Below the pieces are notes generated by a model. That model was not told the origin of the DNA. It did not search any database and worked only from the letters and a program-made list of their open reading frames with translations. A DNA stretch of 43,346 nucleotides from Actinomycetes bacterium (GTDB lineage: Bacteria > Actinomycetota > CALGFH01): positions 1 through 43,346 of the forward strand of contig DASQWY010000169.1 of assembly GCA_035640005.1 (NCBI GenBank), read 5' to 3'. Below are positions 24,724 through 34,634 of this stretch, in pieces (the first letter of the stretch is position 1; every line of letters starts with the position of its first letter). Made by a program: the position numbers and the translations under genes.

Positions 24724-26163
24724 ATGGCCCAGCTCTCACCCGCCCAGCAGCAGGCGCTGGCCGACCTGCTCCGCGCGGCGCCGGTCGCCAAGGTCGCCCG
24801 CAGCCTCGGCCGCCGCTTCGCGCAGCGCGACCACGAGCTGTACCTGGTCGGCGGGACCGTCCGCGACGCCCTGCTGGAGCGGCCCTCCACCGACGTCGAC
24901 CTCACCACCGACGCGACCCCCGAGCAGGTGCTGGCGGTGGTGCGCGGCTGGAGCGACCAGGTGTGGCTGCAGGGCGCCCGCTTCGGCACTGTCGGCGTGC
25001 GCAAGGGCAACTTCTTCCTGGAGATCACCACCTTCCGCTCCGACGTGTACCGGGAGGACTCGCGCAAGCCGGAGGTCAGCTTCGGGCACTCCATCGAGGA
25101 GGACCTGGCCCGGCGCGACTTCACCGTCAACGCGATGGCCGTGCGCCTGCCCGACGGCGGCTTCGTGGACCCCCACGGCGGCCTGCAGGACCTGGCCGCG
25201 AAGCGGCTCCGCACCCCGAGCGGGCCGGCCGGCTCGTTCGAGGACGACCCGCTGCGGATGCTGCGCGCGGCCCGGTTCGCCGCCCAGCTCGAGCTGGTGC
25301 CGACGCCCGACACGCTGGCCGCGGTCAGCGAGCGCCGCGGCCGCCTGGCGATCGTCTCCCGCGAGCGGATCCGCGACGAGCTGTCCAAGCTGCTGAAGGG
25401 CCGGGCGCCCGGCAAGGGCCTGTGGCTGGTGGTCGACACCGGCCTGGCCGAGGAGTTCCTGCCGGAGCTGCCGGCCCTCGCCCTGGAGCAGGATCCGGTG
25501 CACCGGCACAAGGACGTGCTGCGGCACACGATCGCGGTGGTCGAGCGGGCCACCGCCTACGACGCCGACAAGCCCGACCTTACCCTGCGCATGGCTGCCC
25601 TGCTGCACGACATCGGCAAGCCCCGCACCCGCCGGGTCGGCACCGACGGCGTCAGCTTCCACCTGCACGAGGTGGTCGGGGCGAAGATGGCGGAGCGGCG
25701 CCTGACCGAGCTGCGCTACCCGGCGCAGCTCATCGCCGACGTCCGCCATCTGGTGCTGCTGCACCTGCGCTTCCACACCTATCGGCTGGGCTGGTCGGAC
25801 TCGGCCGTCCGGCGCTACGTGCGCGACGCCGGGCCGCTGCTGGACCGGCTGAACTTCCTGGTCCGCTCGGACTGCACCACCCGCAACGTGTTCAAGGCCA
25901 AGCAGCTGGCCGCCTACTCCGACGAGCTGGAGGAGCGGATCGCCCGGCTGGAGGCCGAGGAGGAGCTGGCCAGCATCCGCCCGCCGCTCGACGGCCGCCA
26001 GGTCATGGCCCTGCTCGGCATCCCGCCCGGCCCGCTGGTCGGCAAGGCCTTGGCGCACCTGCTGGAGCTGCGCCTGGACCGCGGGCCGATGTCGGAGGAG
26101 GAGGCCACCGAGGCGCTGTTCGCCTGGGCCAAGGAGCAGGGCCTGGAGCCGCCGGCTCCCTAG
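24724..26163 (+). CDS. cca: CCA tRNA nucleotidyltransferase (PcnA family, with HD domain)
   Basis: 479 aa from ATG 24724. LVGGTVRDALL, DVDLTT, RDFTVNAM, HD motif LLHDIGKP. Confidence 0.9.
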   Translation: MAQLSPAQQQALADLLRAAPVAKVARSLGRRFAQRDHELYLVGGTVRDALLERPSTDVDLTTDATPEQVLAVVRGWSDQVWLQGARFGTVGVRKGNFFLEITTFRSDVYREDSRKPEVSFGHSIEEDLARRDFTVNAMAVRLPDGGFVDPHGGLQDLAAKRLRTPSGPAGSFEDDPLRMLRAARFAAQLELVPTPDTLAAVSERRGRLAIVSRERIRDELSKLLKGRAPGKGLWLVVDTGLAEEFLPELPALALEQDPVHRHKDVLRHTIAVVERATAYDADKPDLTLRMAALLHDIGKPRTRRVGTDGVSFHLHEVVGAKMAERRLTELRYPAQLIADVRHLVLLHLRFHTYRLGWSDSAVRRYVRDAGPLLDRLNFLVRSDCTTRNVFKAKQLAAYSDELEERIARLEAEEELASIRPPLDGRQVMALLGIPPGPLVGKALAHLLELRLDRGPMSEEEATEALFAWAKEQGLEPPAP

Positions 26164-27797
26164 GGAAGCCGGACGATCACGCCCTCGTCGGGTCCGAGCT
26201 GGAGGGGCCGGAGCGTCACCTCCCCGCCCGGCCGCCCCGGGTCGGTGGACAGCTCGAGGCGGCCGCTGACGCTGGGAGCCGCCGGCCAGGCGACCGGGGC
26301 GCCGGTGAGGTTCAGCGCGACCAGCAGCCGCTCGTCCCCGGCGGTGCGCAGGTAGGCGTAGACCCCGTCGGGGGTGTCCGGCACCGTGATGTAGGCGCCG
26401 CCACGCAGCGCCGCCGAGCCCTTCCGGTACCAGATGAGGCGGCGGTAGAGGCTGAGCATCGAGGCGGGGTCGTCCCGCTCGGCGGCCGCGTTGCGCCGGT
26501 CGGCGCCGGCCGCCACCGGCAGCCACGGCTCGCCGCTGCTGAAGCCGGCGCCCGGGGAGCCGTCCCACTGCATCGGGGTCCGCTCCGGGTCGCGGCCGTC
26601 CACGTCGATCACCCGGTCCGGCGGGATCTCCCCGTCGGTCATGCCGAGCTCGTCGCCGGCGTACACGAACGGCGTGCCGCGCAGGGTCAGCAGCAGCAGC
26701 GCCGCCACCCGCGCCCTGGCCTGGCCGTTGCCGCCCTCGTCGTAGCGGCTGGCGATGCGGGAGACGTCGTGGTCGCCGAGCATCCACGCCGGCCAGCCGT
26801 CCGCCGGGAGCAGGCCGGTGAACTCGTCCACCACCCCCCTGAGCGCCTCCGCCTTCCACGGCTGGGTCAGGAACACGAAGTTGTGGGCCAGGTGCAGCTC
26901 GTCCTGGCCGGAGCCGTAGTAGCGGGCGAGCTGCTGGAGGTCCAGCAGGTAGACCTCGCCGACGGCCATGCGGTCGTCGTAGCCGTCCAGGGCGCGGCGG
27001 AAGCCGCGCAGGATCTCGTGGACCTCCGGCCAGTCCTCGTCGTGGCGCTTGACGGACTTGAGCTTGGCGAGCCGGAGGGCCCTGGCCTGGCCGCTCAGGT
27101 CGTCGGCCTCGGGGCCGAGGTCGACCAGGGGGTTGTCGCGCAGCTCCGGGTCGCGGGCCATCTTGTGGGCGACGTCGATACGGAAGCCGTCCACCCCGCG
27201 GTCGAGCCAGAAGCGCATGACCGCGTCCATGGCCGCCCGCACCTCCGGGTTCCACCAGTTGAGGTCGGGCTGCTGCGGCATGAACGAGTGCAGGTACCAC
27301 TGGCCGGTGCGCTCGTCGAAGGTCCACGCCCGCCCGGCCCGCGGGAACGCGCTCAACCAGTTGTTGGGCGGCGAACCGTCGGGCCTGGAGTCCGCCCAGA
27401 CGTACCAGTCGCGCTTGGGGTTGTCGCGGGAGGAGCGCGACTCGAGGAACCAGGGGTGCCGGTCGGAGGTGTGGTTGGGGACCAGGTCGACGACCACCCG
27501 GATGCCGCGCGCGTGCGCCTCGGCGACCAGCCGGTCGAAGTCGGCCAGGCTGCCGAACAGCGGGTCCACGTCGGTGTAGTCGGCGACGTCGTAGCCGAAG
27601 TCGGCCATCGGCGACGGGTAGAACGGCGACAGCCAGATTGCGTCGACCCCCAGCGAGGCCGGCGTGCCGTCGTTCAGGTAGTCGAGGTGCGCGACCACCC
27701 CCGGCAGGTCGCCGACGCCGTCCCCGTTCGCGTCGGCGAAGCTGCGCGGGTAGATCTGGTAGATGACCCCGTGCCGCCACCAGTCGCCACGAGCCAC
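26160..27797 (-). CDS. Glycoside hydrolase family 13 alpha-glucosidase (oligo-1,6-glucosidase-like)
   Basis: 545 aa. WWRHGVIYQIYPRSF, DLVPNHTS, GFRIDVAHK, VGEVY, LGDHD. Confidence 0.88.
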   Translation of the reverse strand: MARGDWWRHGVIYQIYPRSFADANGDGVGDLPGVVAHLDYLNDGTPASLGVDAIWLSPFYPSPMADFGYDVADYTDVDPLFGSLADFDRLVAEAHARGIRVVVDLVPNHTSDRHPWFLESRSSRDNPKRDWYVWADSRPDGSPPNNWLSAFPRAGRAWTFDERTGQWYLHSFMPQQPDLNWWNPEVRAAMDAVMRFWLDRGVDGFRIDVAHKMARDPELRDNPLVDLGPEADDLSGQARALRLAKLKSVKRHDEDWPEVHEILRGFRRALDGYDDRMAVGEVYLLDLQQLARYYGSGQDELHLAHNFVFLTQPWKAEALRGVVDEFTGLLPADGWPAWMLGDHDVSRIASRYDEGGNGQARARVAALLLLTLRGTPFVYAGDELGMTDGEIPPDRVIDVDGRDPERTPMQWDGSPGAGFSSGEPWLPVAAGADRRNAAAERDDPASMLSLYRRLIWYRKGSAALRGGAYITVPDTPDGVYAYLRTAGDERLLVALNLTGAPVAWPAAPSVSGRLELSTDPGRPGGEVTLRPLQLGPDEGVIVRLP

Positions 27798-27904
27798 GAC
27801 GCCTCCTCCATCGCCTGGCCTGCCTGCAAGCTGCGCGACGCCAGGCTACCAACGGCCAGGACCGCCCGGGACGCCCCCGGGCGGTCCTATGGACAGCCGG
27901 CCGG

Positions 27905-29005
27905 TCAGGCCTTGGCCGGGCCCGGGACGGCCGCCGCCTCCCCGGCGATGAACTCCTCGACCATGCGCCTGGCGACGTCGTCGGTGTACTGGACCGGCGG
28001 CGACTTCATGAAGTAGGCGGCGGGGCCCAGCAGCGGCCCGCCGATGCCCCGGTCCAGGGCCAGCTTGGCGCAGCGGACGGCGTCGATCACCACGCCGGCG
28101 GAGTTCGGCGAGTCCCACACCTCCAGCTTGAGCTCGAGGTTCAGCGGCACGTCGCCGAAGGCGCGGCCCTCGACCCGGATGTAGCACCACTTGCGGTCGT
28201 CCAGCCAGGGCACGTAATCGCTCGGCCCCACGTGGACGTTGCCCTTGCCGAGGTCGTGCTCGACCTGGGAGGTGACCGCCTGGGTCTTGGAGATCTTCTT
28301 GGACTCCAGCCGCTCGCGTTCGAGCATGTTCTTGAAGTCCATGTTGCCGCCGAAGTTCAGCTGGTAGGTCCGGTCGATGTGGACCCCGCGGTCCTCCATC
28401 AGGCGCGACAGCACGCGGTGGACGATGGTCGCGCCCACCTGCGACTTGATGTCGTCGCCGATGATCGGCACGCCGGCCCTGGTGAACCGCTCCGCCCACT
28501 CGGGCACTCCGGCGATGAACACCGGCAGGCAGTTCACCACGGCCACGCCGGCCTTGAGCGCCTCCTCGGCGTAGAAGTGGGCGGCCCGCTCGGAGCCGAC
28601 CGGCAGGTAGCACACGAGCACGTCCGCGCCGGTGTTGACGAGCGTCGTGGCGACGTCGACCGGCGCCGTGTCGGACTCCTCGATGGTCTCGGTGTAGTAG
28701 CGGCCGAGGCCGTCCAGGGTCGGCCCTCGCTGCACCTCCACCCCGAGGGGTGGCACGTCGGCGAAGCGGATCGTGTTGTTCTCGCTGGACAGCAGCGCCT
28801 CGGACAGGTCGCGCCCGACCTTCTTGGCGTCGACGTCGAAGGCGGCGACGAACTCGAGGTCGCCGACGTGGTACCCCCCCAGCTCGACGTGCATCAGACC
28901 GGGGACCTGCTCGCCTGGGCGGGCGTCGCGGTAGAACTGCACGCCTTGCACCAGCGACGAAGCGCAGTTGCCCACGCCGACGATCGCGACGCGTAGCTTT
29001 CCCAT
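27905..29005 (-). CDS. ino1: myo-Inositol-1-phosphate synthase
   Basis: 366 aa. [47 protein letters not shown]. Confidence 0.95.
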   Translation of the reverse strand: MGKLRVAIVGVGNCASSLVQGVQFYRDARPGEQVPGLMHVELGGYHVGDLEFVAAFDVDAKKVGRDLSEALLSSENNTIRFADVPPLGVEVQRGPTLDGLGRYYTETIEESDTAPVDVATTLVNTGADVLVCYLPVGSERAAHFYAEEALKAGVAVVNCLPVFIAGVPEWAERFTRAGVPIIGDDIKSQVGATIVHRVLSRLMEDRGVHIDRTYQLNFGGNMDFKNMLERERLESKKISKTQAVTSQVEHDLGKGNVHVGPSDYVPWLDDRKWCYIRVEGRAFGDVPLNLELKLEVWDSPNSAGVVIDAVRCAKLALDRGIGGPLLGPAAYFMKSPPVQYTDDVARRMVEEFIAGEAAAVPGPAKA

Positions 29006-29038
29006 CGGTGTCTGCTCTCCTCCTCTGGTCGGCGCGTC

Positions 29039-29665
29039 TCAGCCCGTCTGGGCCGGTAGGCGGGGGTCGCGCTGGCTGGTAGGAAGCCGGGCGGGGCGCC
29101 GGGCTCCCTGGTCCGGGCTCCTCCGGGCGGGCGGTCGATCCCGCTCGTCCTCGGTCGAGCGCCGCTCCGCGGCGATCAGCCGATCGAGCCAGGCGATCTC
29201 GCGCTCGCGCTCGTCAAGCCCGTGGTCCATGAGCTCGAGGGTGTAGGCGTCCATCCGGTCGCGGGCCGCCCGCAGCGTCGCCCGCACGTCGGCGAGCCGC
29301 TCCTGCAGGTAGCCGCGGCGCCGCTCGAGCTGGTCGATGCGGGCCTCCGGCCGCATGTAGCGGAAGAAGGCCAGCCGCAGCGGGAACCGGTCCTGCTCCA
29401 GGTCGTGCAGGTCGGTGGACTCCAGCAGCTGGTGGAACAGCCGGTTCCCCCGGTCGGTGAGCCGGTAGACGTGCTTCTTGCGGGAGGTATAGCGGGACTC
29501 CTCGACCTCGAGCGCCCCCTCGGCGGCCAGTCGCTTCAGGCACGGGTACAGCGACCCGAAGCTGACCCGCCACAGCGCCCCCAGCTTGACGGTGAGCTGC
29601 TTCTTCAGCTCGTAGCCGGACATCGGTGACTCCTTGAGCAGCCCGAGAACAGCAAGATCAAGCAC
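29039..29665 (-). CDS. PadR-family transcriptional regulator (Rv0047c-like, upstream of ino1)
   Basis: LDLAVLGLLKESPMSGYELKKQL...SFGSLYPCLKRLAAEG. Start set at GTG 29665 because family members begin about M-L-E-L-A-I-L-G-L-L. GTG 29671 and the ORF-track GTG 29701 are alternatives. Confidence 0.8.
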   Translation of the reverse strand: MLDLAVLGLLKESPMSGYELKKQLTVKLGALWRVSFGSLYPCLKRLAAEGALEVEESRYTSRKKHVYRLTDRGNRLFHQLLESTDLHDLEQDRFPLRLAFFRYMRPEARIDQLERRRGYLQERLADVRATLRAARDRMDAYTLELMDHGLDEREREIAWLDRLIAAERRSTEDERDRPPARRSPDQGARRPARLPTSQRDPRLPAQTG

Positions 29666-29702
29666 GAGCACGTCCCCCGCTTGTCGTGGTTCAATCCCCA
29701 CG

Positions 29703-29754
29703 TATCGTGGCGATGTATCGACGCGATGTATCGGATCGATCTATCGCCACGATA
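29703..29754. promoter_or_regulatory. Candidate operator in the PadR / Rv0049-like divergent region
   Basis: Perfect 12-nt inverted repeat tatcgtggcgat (29703-29714) / atcgccacgata (29743-29754). It encloses two direct copies of gcgatgtatcg (29710-29720 and 29723-29733). Confidence 0.45.
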
Positions 29755-29867
29755 GGTAGGTCGGTTCGCGAGTGTCAACTCGCCGTGACCCCTCCGTTAT
29801 CCAGCCAACGCCCGGGTACACTGGGTGCCACTGTCCGGCAGCCCGCCGGCCCTGGCTCGAGAAGGCA

Positions 29868-30227
29868 ATGCGGCTCGTCGACTACACCTTGGCCAAGCGG
29901 GCCACGCTCAGCGACCTGCGCGGCGGCCGGCTGTCACGCCGTGACGTCTGCGACGCCCATCCCGAGCTGCTGCGCGCCGCCCGCAACGTCGGCGAGTGGG
30001 CGTCGGCGCCCTGCCCGGTCTGCGAGGCCGCCTCGCTGGTGCACGTGACCTACGTGTTCGCCGACTCCCTGCACCAGCGGTCGGGTCGCGTGTGGCCCCG
30101 CGACGGCCTGGCCGACCTGCACCGGTCGGTCGACGAGGCGGCCTGCTACGTGGTCGAGGTCTGCACCGCCTGCAACTGGAACCACCTGGCCCAGTGCTAC
30201 CTGCTCGGCCGCGACCACGTGGGCTGA
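29868..30227 (+). CDS. Conserved actinobacterial Cys-rich protein, Rv0049-like (DUF5318-type)
   Basis: 119 aa from ATG 29868, preceded by GAGAAGG. CPVC ... CTAC pairs. Sits between the PadR and PBP genes. Confidence 0.6.
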   Translation: MRLVDYTLAKRATLSDLRGGRLSRRDVCDAHPELLRAARNVGEWASAPCPVCEAASLVHVTYVFADSLHQRSGRVWPRDGLADLHRSVDEAACYVVEVCTACNWNHLAQCYLLGRDHVG

Positions 30228-30286
30228 GCCCCGGCGCCGCCGGCGAAATTCAGCGAACGCGGCGGGGTGCGGTAGAGTCGACCGCC

Positions 30287-32443
30287 ATGGCAGCACCCAC
30301 GACCGCGCTCCCCACGGCGTCCCGCGCCGCGCGGCACCAGCAGTCCAAGCCGCCGAGGTCGCGCCTGCGACGCGTGCTCGTCTGGACCATGTGGCTGGCC
30401 ATCCCGGTCGTGGCCGTGGTCGCCGGCAGCCTCATCGGGCTCATCTACGCGTTCGCCAGGGTGCCCCTGCCCGACCAGGTGCCCACCGCCCAGACCACGG
30501 TCTTCCTGGACGCCTCGGGCCGGCACGAGATCGGCACCCTGACCGCCCAGGAGAACCGCCGGGTGGTGGCGTTCAAGGACATCCCGCCGGTGATGCGCTA
30601 CGCGGTCCTGGCCGCCGAGGACCGCGACTTCTACCACCACGGCGCCGTCTCCTGGCGCGGCCTGGCGCGGGCCACCGCCGCCAACCTGCTGCGACGTCGC
30701 ATCTCCGAGGGCGGCTCGACCATCACCCAGCAGTACGTGAAGAACGCCTTCCCGGGGGTGGGCCGCTCGCGGACGATCTTCCGCAAGCTCAAGGAGGCGG
30801 TGATCGCCTACAAGCTCGAGCGGAAGTACTCCAAGGACCAGATCCTCGGCTTCTACCTGAACACGGTCTACTTCGGCCGCGGCGCCTACGGCGTGGACGC
30901 GGCCGCGCGCACGTTCTTCTCCAAGCCGGGGAAGAAGGTCACCGCCAAGGACCTCGACAGCCCGGCCAGGGCGGCCCTGCTGGCCGCCGCCATCCGCAGC
31001 CCCGAGTTCTACGCCAGGCGGGAGAACGCCACCTCCGCCAAGGCCCGGCGCGACTTCGTGCTGCAGGTGATGTCCGACCGCGGCTGGGTCCCGGCCAAGC
31101 AGGCGGCCGCGGCGATGAAGGCACCCCTCGGGGTGAACTGGAAGGCCAAGCCGGGCGGCATCGCCAACTCGCGGTTCCCGTACTTCCTCGAGAAGGTCCG
31201 CCAGTACCTGGTGGACAAGTACGGCGCCGAGGCCGTCAGCATGGGCGGCTTCCGGGTCAAGACCACCCTGGACCTCGACCTGCAGCAGCAGGCCCAGGAG
31301 GCGGTCGAAGGGGTGGTGAACCAGCGGCACGACCCGCGGGCGGCGCTGGTCGCGATCGACCCCCAGACCGGGGCGGTCCGCGCGATGTACGGCGGCAAGG
31401 ACTACAAGAAGCGCCAGTGGAACTACGCCACCGACTCGATCCGCCAGGCGGGCAGCACCATGAAGCCGTTCGTGCTCGCCCAGGCGCTGGCCGAGGGCTA
31501 CTCGGTGCAGTCGACCTTCCCCGGCCCCAACAAGGTGGTGGTCAAGGGCCACCGCTACAGCAACTTCGGCGACGAGGCCTTCGGCGACATCACCCTGCTG
31601 GATGCCACCAAGCATTCGGTCAACACCGTCTACGTCCAGCTCATCGACAAGCTCGGCCCCGACAAGGTGGCCGAGATGGCCAAGCGGAGCGGCCTGGTCG
31701 CCGAGCTGGACAAGGGCCCCCGCGTGCCGGCGGGTGCCAGCCCGCTGGAGCGCCCGCCCCACATCGAGCCGTACATCCCGCTGGCCCTCGGCGCCGACGA
31801 CGTCACCACCCTGCAGCTCGCGTCCGCGTTCGGGACCTGGGCCAACCGGGGCGTCCACCACAGCCCCTACCTGGTCGAGAAGGTCCTGGACGCCAACAAC
31901 CGGCCGATCGAGCAGCGCGACCACAACGCGCCGGGCACCCAGGTGGTCGACCCCAACGTGGCCGACACCGTCAACCTGGCCCTGCGCGGCGTGGTGGAGG
32001 GCGGCACCGGCACCGCGGCCCGCCTGCCCGACCGGCAGGTGGCCGGCAAGACCGGCACCACCCAGGACAACACCGACGCCCGCTTCGTCGGCTACACCCC
32101 CAACCTGGTCGCCTCGGTCTGGCTCGGCTACGACAACCAGAAGCAGAAGCTGGTGAACATCCACGGCCTGCGGACGGTGCAGGGCGGCTCGCTGCCCGCG
32201 GTGATCTGGCACAACTTCATGGTGGCGGCCACCAGGGACCTGCCGGCCGAGTCGTTCGTCGACCCGCAGCTCAGCGGGATCGTGCTGAACTCGACCACCA
32301 CGGCACCGCCGACCACGGCGCCGCCGCAGCCGACCTTCCCGAACAACCGCCCGCCGCGGACCTGGCCGCCGCAGAGCTCGCTGCCCGCCTCCTCGGTGCC
32401 GCCGACCTCGGTGCCCATCAGCCCCTCGACCGTCAAACCCTAG
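30287..32443 (+). CDS. ponA: Class A penicillin-binding protein (transglycosylase + transpeptidase)
   Basis: 718 aa from ATG 30287. TM anchor, GT51 motifs AAEDRDFYHHGAVS and GGSTITQQYVKN, transpeptidase motifs STMKP, SVN and KTGTT. Confidence 0.9.
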   Translation: MAAPTTALPTASRAARHQQSKPPRSRLRRVLVWTMWLAIPVVAVVAGSLIGLIYAFARVPLPDQVPTAQTTVFLDASGRHEIGTLTAQENRRVVAFKDIPPVMRYAVLAAEDRDFYHHGAVSWRGLARATAANLLRRRISEGGSTITQQYVKNAFPGVGRSRTIFRKLKEAVIAYKLERKYSKDQILGFYLNTVYFGRGAYGVDAAARTFFSKPGKKVTAKDLDSPARAALLAAAIRSPEFYARRENATSAKARRDFVLQVMSDRGWVPAKQAAAAMKAPLGVNWKAKPGGIANSRFPYFLEKVRQYLVDKYGAEAVSMGGFRVKTTLDLDLQQQAQEAVEGVVNQRHDPRAALVAIDPQTGAVRAMYGGKDYKKRQWNYATDSIRQAGSTMKPFVLAQALAEGYSVQSTFPGPNKVVVKGHRYSNFGDEAFGDITLLDATKHSVNTVYVQLIDKLGPDKVAEMAKRSGLVAELDKGPRVPAGASPLERPPHIEPYIPLALGADDVTTLQLASAFGTWANRGVHHSPYLVEKVLDANNRPIEQRDHNAPGTQVVDPNVADTVNLALRGVVEGGTGTAARLPDRQVAGKTGTTQDNTDARFVGYTPNLVASVWLGYDNQKQKLVNIHGLRTVQGGSLPAVIWHNFMVAATRDLPAESFVDPQLSGIVLNSTTTAPPTTAPPQPTFPNNRPPRTWPPQSSLPASSVPPTSVPISPSTVKP

Positions 32444-32450
32444 CGTCTCG

Positions 32451-33782
32451 ATGCGGGTGGAGGCCGCGGAGCGAGGGGCGAGCGCGGACCGGTGGTCGCG
32501 CCGGCCGTGGCCGCGCGTCGACCCGGTGCTCGGCCTGTGGCTGGCGACCCGGGTGGTGCTGCTGGTCGTCTCGCTGAACCCGCGCCTGTACTCGGCCGCC
32601 CTCTGGGGCGACGTGCGCTTCTACGGGGCCAAGGTGGAGCGGATGTTCCAGGGCGAGCTGCCCTACCGGGACGTGGCCACCGAATACCCGCCGGGCAGCG
32701 TGCCCTTCACGGTCCTGCCCGCCCTGGTGGTCGGGACCGGCGCCCGCTACCGGCTCGCCTTCGCCTGCGAGATGCTGCTGGTCGACCTGGTCGGCCTGGG
32801 CGCGGCGGCCCGCCTGGCCCGGGCCACCGACCTGGCCAGGCGCCGCATCCCGCTGGCCTACGTGCTGGCGATGCTGGCCGTCGGCCCGCTGCTGGTGCTC
32901 CGCTTCGACCTGGTGCCGGCGGTCTGCGTGCTGCTGGCCGCGGCGTGCGCGGCGGAGGGCCGGCCCGGCTGGGCGGCCGCCGCCCTCGGCTACGGCACCG
33001 CCGCCAAGATCTTCCCTGGCGTCCTCGCGCCGCTGCTGGTGCTCGGCCTGGTGCCTGCCGCCGGCTGGCGCCGGTCGCTGTACCGCACGGTCCCGCCGTT
33101 CCTGGCCGGCTTCGGCCTGACCGTCCTGCCCGCGCTGCTGATCTCGGTCAGGGGCACCGCCGACTCGGTGCTGTACCACGTGCAGCGCGGCGTGCAGATC
33201 GAGAGCCTGTGGGCCAACGCGATCGACCTCGCCCACCTGGCCTTCGGCGTGCCGGCCACGACCGTGTACGGCTTCGGCGCCTACGACCTGCAGTCGACCT
33301 GGTCGGGCGCTGCCAAGTCCCTGTCGGGGGCGGCCACCCTACTGACCCTCGGCGGCGCGGCCTGGCTGGTGTGGTGGCGGGCGCGCCGGACGGGCGGGCT
33401 CGGCCCCGCCGACTGGGCGGGCGCCTTCGCGGTCGGCGTGTTCGCGTTCGTGCTGCCGACCCGGGTGCTGTCCCCGCAGTACCTGGTCTGGCTGGCCGCC
33501 CCCATGGCCGCCCTGGCCTGGAGCCGGGACGGCCGCCGCAGCTTGTTCGTGCTCGGCGCGGCCGCCCTGCTCAGCCAGGTGATTTTTCCGTTTCGGTACA
33601 GCCAGTTGCGGCACTTGAACGGGTTTGACATTGGCTTGCTGAGCGTGCGGAACGTGCTGCTGGTGATGGCCTGCGGGTTGGTAGTGCGTGCGTTCCTACG
33701 TGGGTTCCTGATTCATTCGGGGGGGAGCTCGCTCCCCCCCGAACCCCCCCAAGAGCCCGCCCGCCCCGGCGGGTCGTCGTGA
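32451..33782 (+). CDS. Polytopic membrane glycosyltransferase-like protein (DUF2029/GT87-like, Rv0051-like)
   Basis: 443 aa with about 10 hydrophobic helices and YRDVATEYPPGS near the N-terminus. The last ~23 codons are supplied by repeat copy A. Confidence 0.6.
   Translation: MRVEAAERGASADRWSRRPWPRVDPVLGLWLATRVVLLVVSLNPRLYSAALWGDVRFYGAKVERMFQGELPYRDVATEYPPGSVPFTVLPALVVGTGARYRLAFACEMLLVDLVGLGAAARLARATDLARRRIPLAYVLAMLAVGPLLVLRFDLVPAVCVLLAAACAAEGRPGWAAAALGYGTAAKIFPGVLAPLLVLGLVPAAGWRRSLYRTVPPFLAGFGLTVLPALLISVRGTADSVLYHVQRGVQIESLWANAIDLAHLAFGVPATTVYGFGAYDLQSTWSGAAKSLSGAATLLTLGGAAWLVWWRARRTGGLGPADWAGAFAVGVFAFVLPTRVLSPQYLVWLAAPMAALAWSRDGRRSLFVLGAAALLSQVIFPFRYSQLRHLNGFDIGLLSVRNVLLVMACGLVVRAFLRGFLIHSGGSSLPPEPPQEPARPGGSS
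33712..33764 (+). repeat. Palindrome-containing repeat, copy A
   Basis: ttcattcgggggggagctcgctcccccccgaacccccccaagagcccgcccgc. It contains a 13-bp perfect stem, ttcgggggggagc (33716-33728) / gctcccccccgaa (33731-33743), with a 2-nt loop. Confidence 0.85.
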
Positions 33783-33804
33783 TGCCCCGGTTCGGGGGCG
33801 GTGG

Positions 33805-34587
33805 TTGGGGGTGAGCCGGTCCTATGTGGTCACCGGAGGTGGTCGCGGAGTCGGGCGGGCGGTGGTCGAACGGCTGCTCGGCGACGGCGGCGGCGTGGTC
33901 GCGATCGAGCTCGACCCGGCGGCGCTGGCGTGGGTCGACAGCCATCCGGCCGGCCGGCGCGTCGCCGGCGTGGTCGGCGACGCCGCCGACGAGGCGGTCG
34001 CCGAGCGGGCCGCCGACCTGGCGCAGGCGGCTGGGACGCTGGCCGGCTGGGTCAACAACGCGGCCGTGTTCCGGGACGCCTCCATCCACAGCGCGGCCAC
34101 CCGCGAGGTCCTGGACCTCATCGCCCTCAACCTCAACCCGGCCGTGGTCGGGTGCGCGACCGCGATCCGCCGGTTCCTCGCGGCCGGCACGGGCGGGGCG
34201 ATCGTCAACGTCTCCTCGCACCAGGCGCGCCGGGCGGTGCGGGGCGCCCTGCCCTACGCCACCGCCAAGGCGGCCATCGAGGGCCTGACCCGCGCGCTGG
34301 CGGTCGACTACGGCCCGCGCGGCATCCGCGTCAACGCGGTCGCGCTCGGCTCCATCGCCACCGAGCGCTACCAGGCCTTCCTCGACGGGCAGGAGCCGGC
34401 GGCGGCCGCCCGGGTCGAGCGGGAGATCGGCCGGCTGCACCCGCTCGGCCGGGTGGGCCGGCCCACCGAGGTCGCGGCCACCGTCGCCTACCTCCTCTCC
34501 GACGACGCGAGCTTCGTGAACGGCGCCACCGTTCCGGTCGACGGCGGTCGGTCGGTGCTGGGCCTGGACCCCGAAGCCCGCGGGTGA
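33805..34587 (+). CDS. Short-chain dehydrogenase/reductase (SDR) family oxidoreductase
   Basis: TGGGRGVGRA, NNAA, SS...YATAK catalytic motif. TTG 33805 is from the ORF track; GTG 33811 is an alternative. Confidence 0.85.
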   Translation: MGVSRSYVVTGGGRGVGRAVVERLLGDGGGVVAIELDPAALAWVDSHPAGRRVAGVVGDAADEAVAERAADLAQAAGTLAGWVNNAAVFRDASIHSAATREVLDLIALNLNPAVVGCATAIRRFLAAGTGGAIVNVSSHQARRAVRGALPYATAKAAIEGLTRALAVDYGPRGIRVNAVALGSIATERYQAFLDGQEPAAAARVEREIGRLHPLGRVGRPTEVAATVAYLLSDDASFVNGATVPVDGGRSVLGLDPEARG

Positions 34588-34634
34588 CAACCGGCGCCCC
34601 CTCCCGCAGTCGGCTCCTCATGCCATGGCCCGAT

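Noticed and set aside
26160-26163. Shared palindromic stop codons of convergent genes (CTAG at 26160-26163 for CCA/GH13; TGATCA at 15261-15266 for the zinc-ribbon protein/anti-sigma)
   Set aside because: Real in the sequence, but most simply a by-product of tight gene packing. There is no evidence of function.
24736-28016. 1,038-aa minus-strand and 1,017-aa plus-strand ORFs spanning the CCA and GH13 genes
   Set aside because: Both are off-frame or antisense shadows of two well-supported genes (CCA enzyme on plus, GH13 on minus). Their products are Arg/Pro/Gly-rich with no domains.
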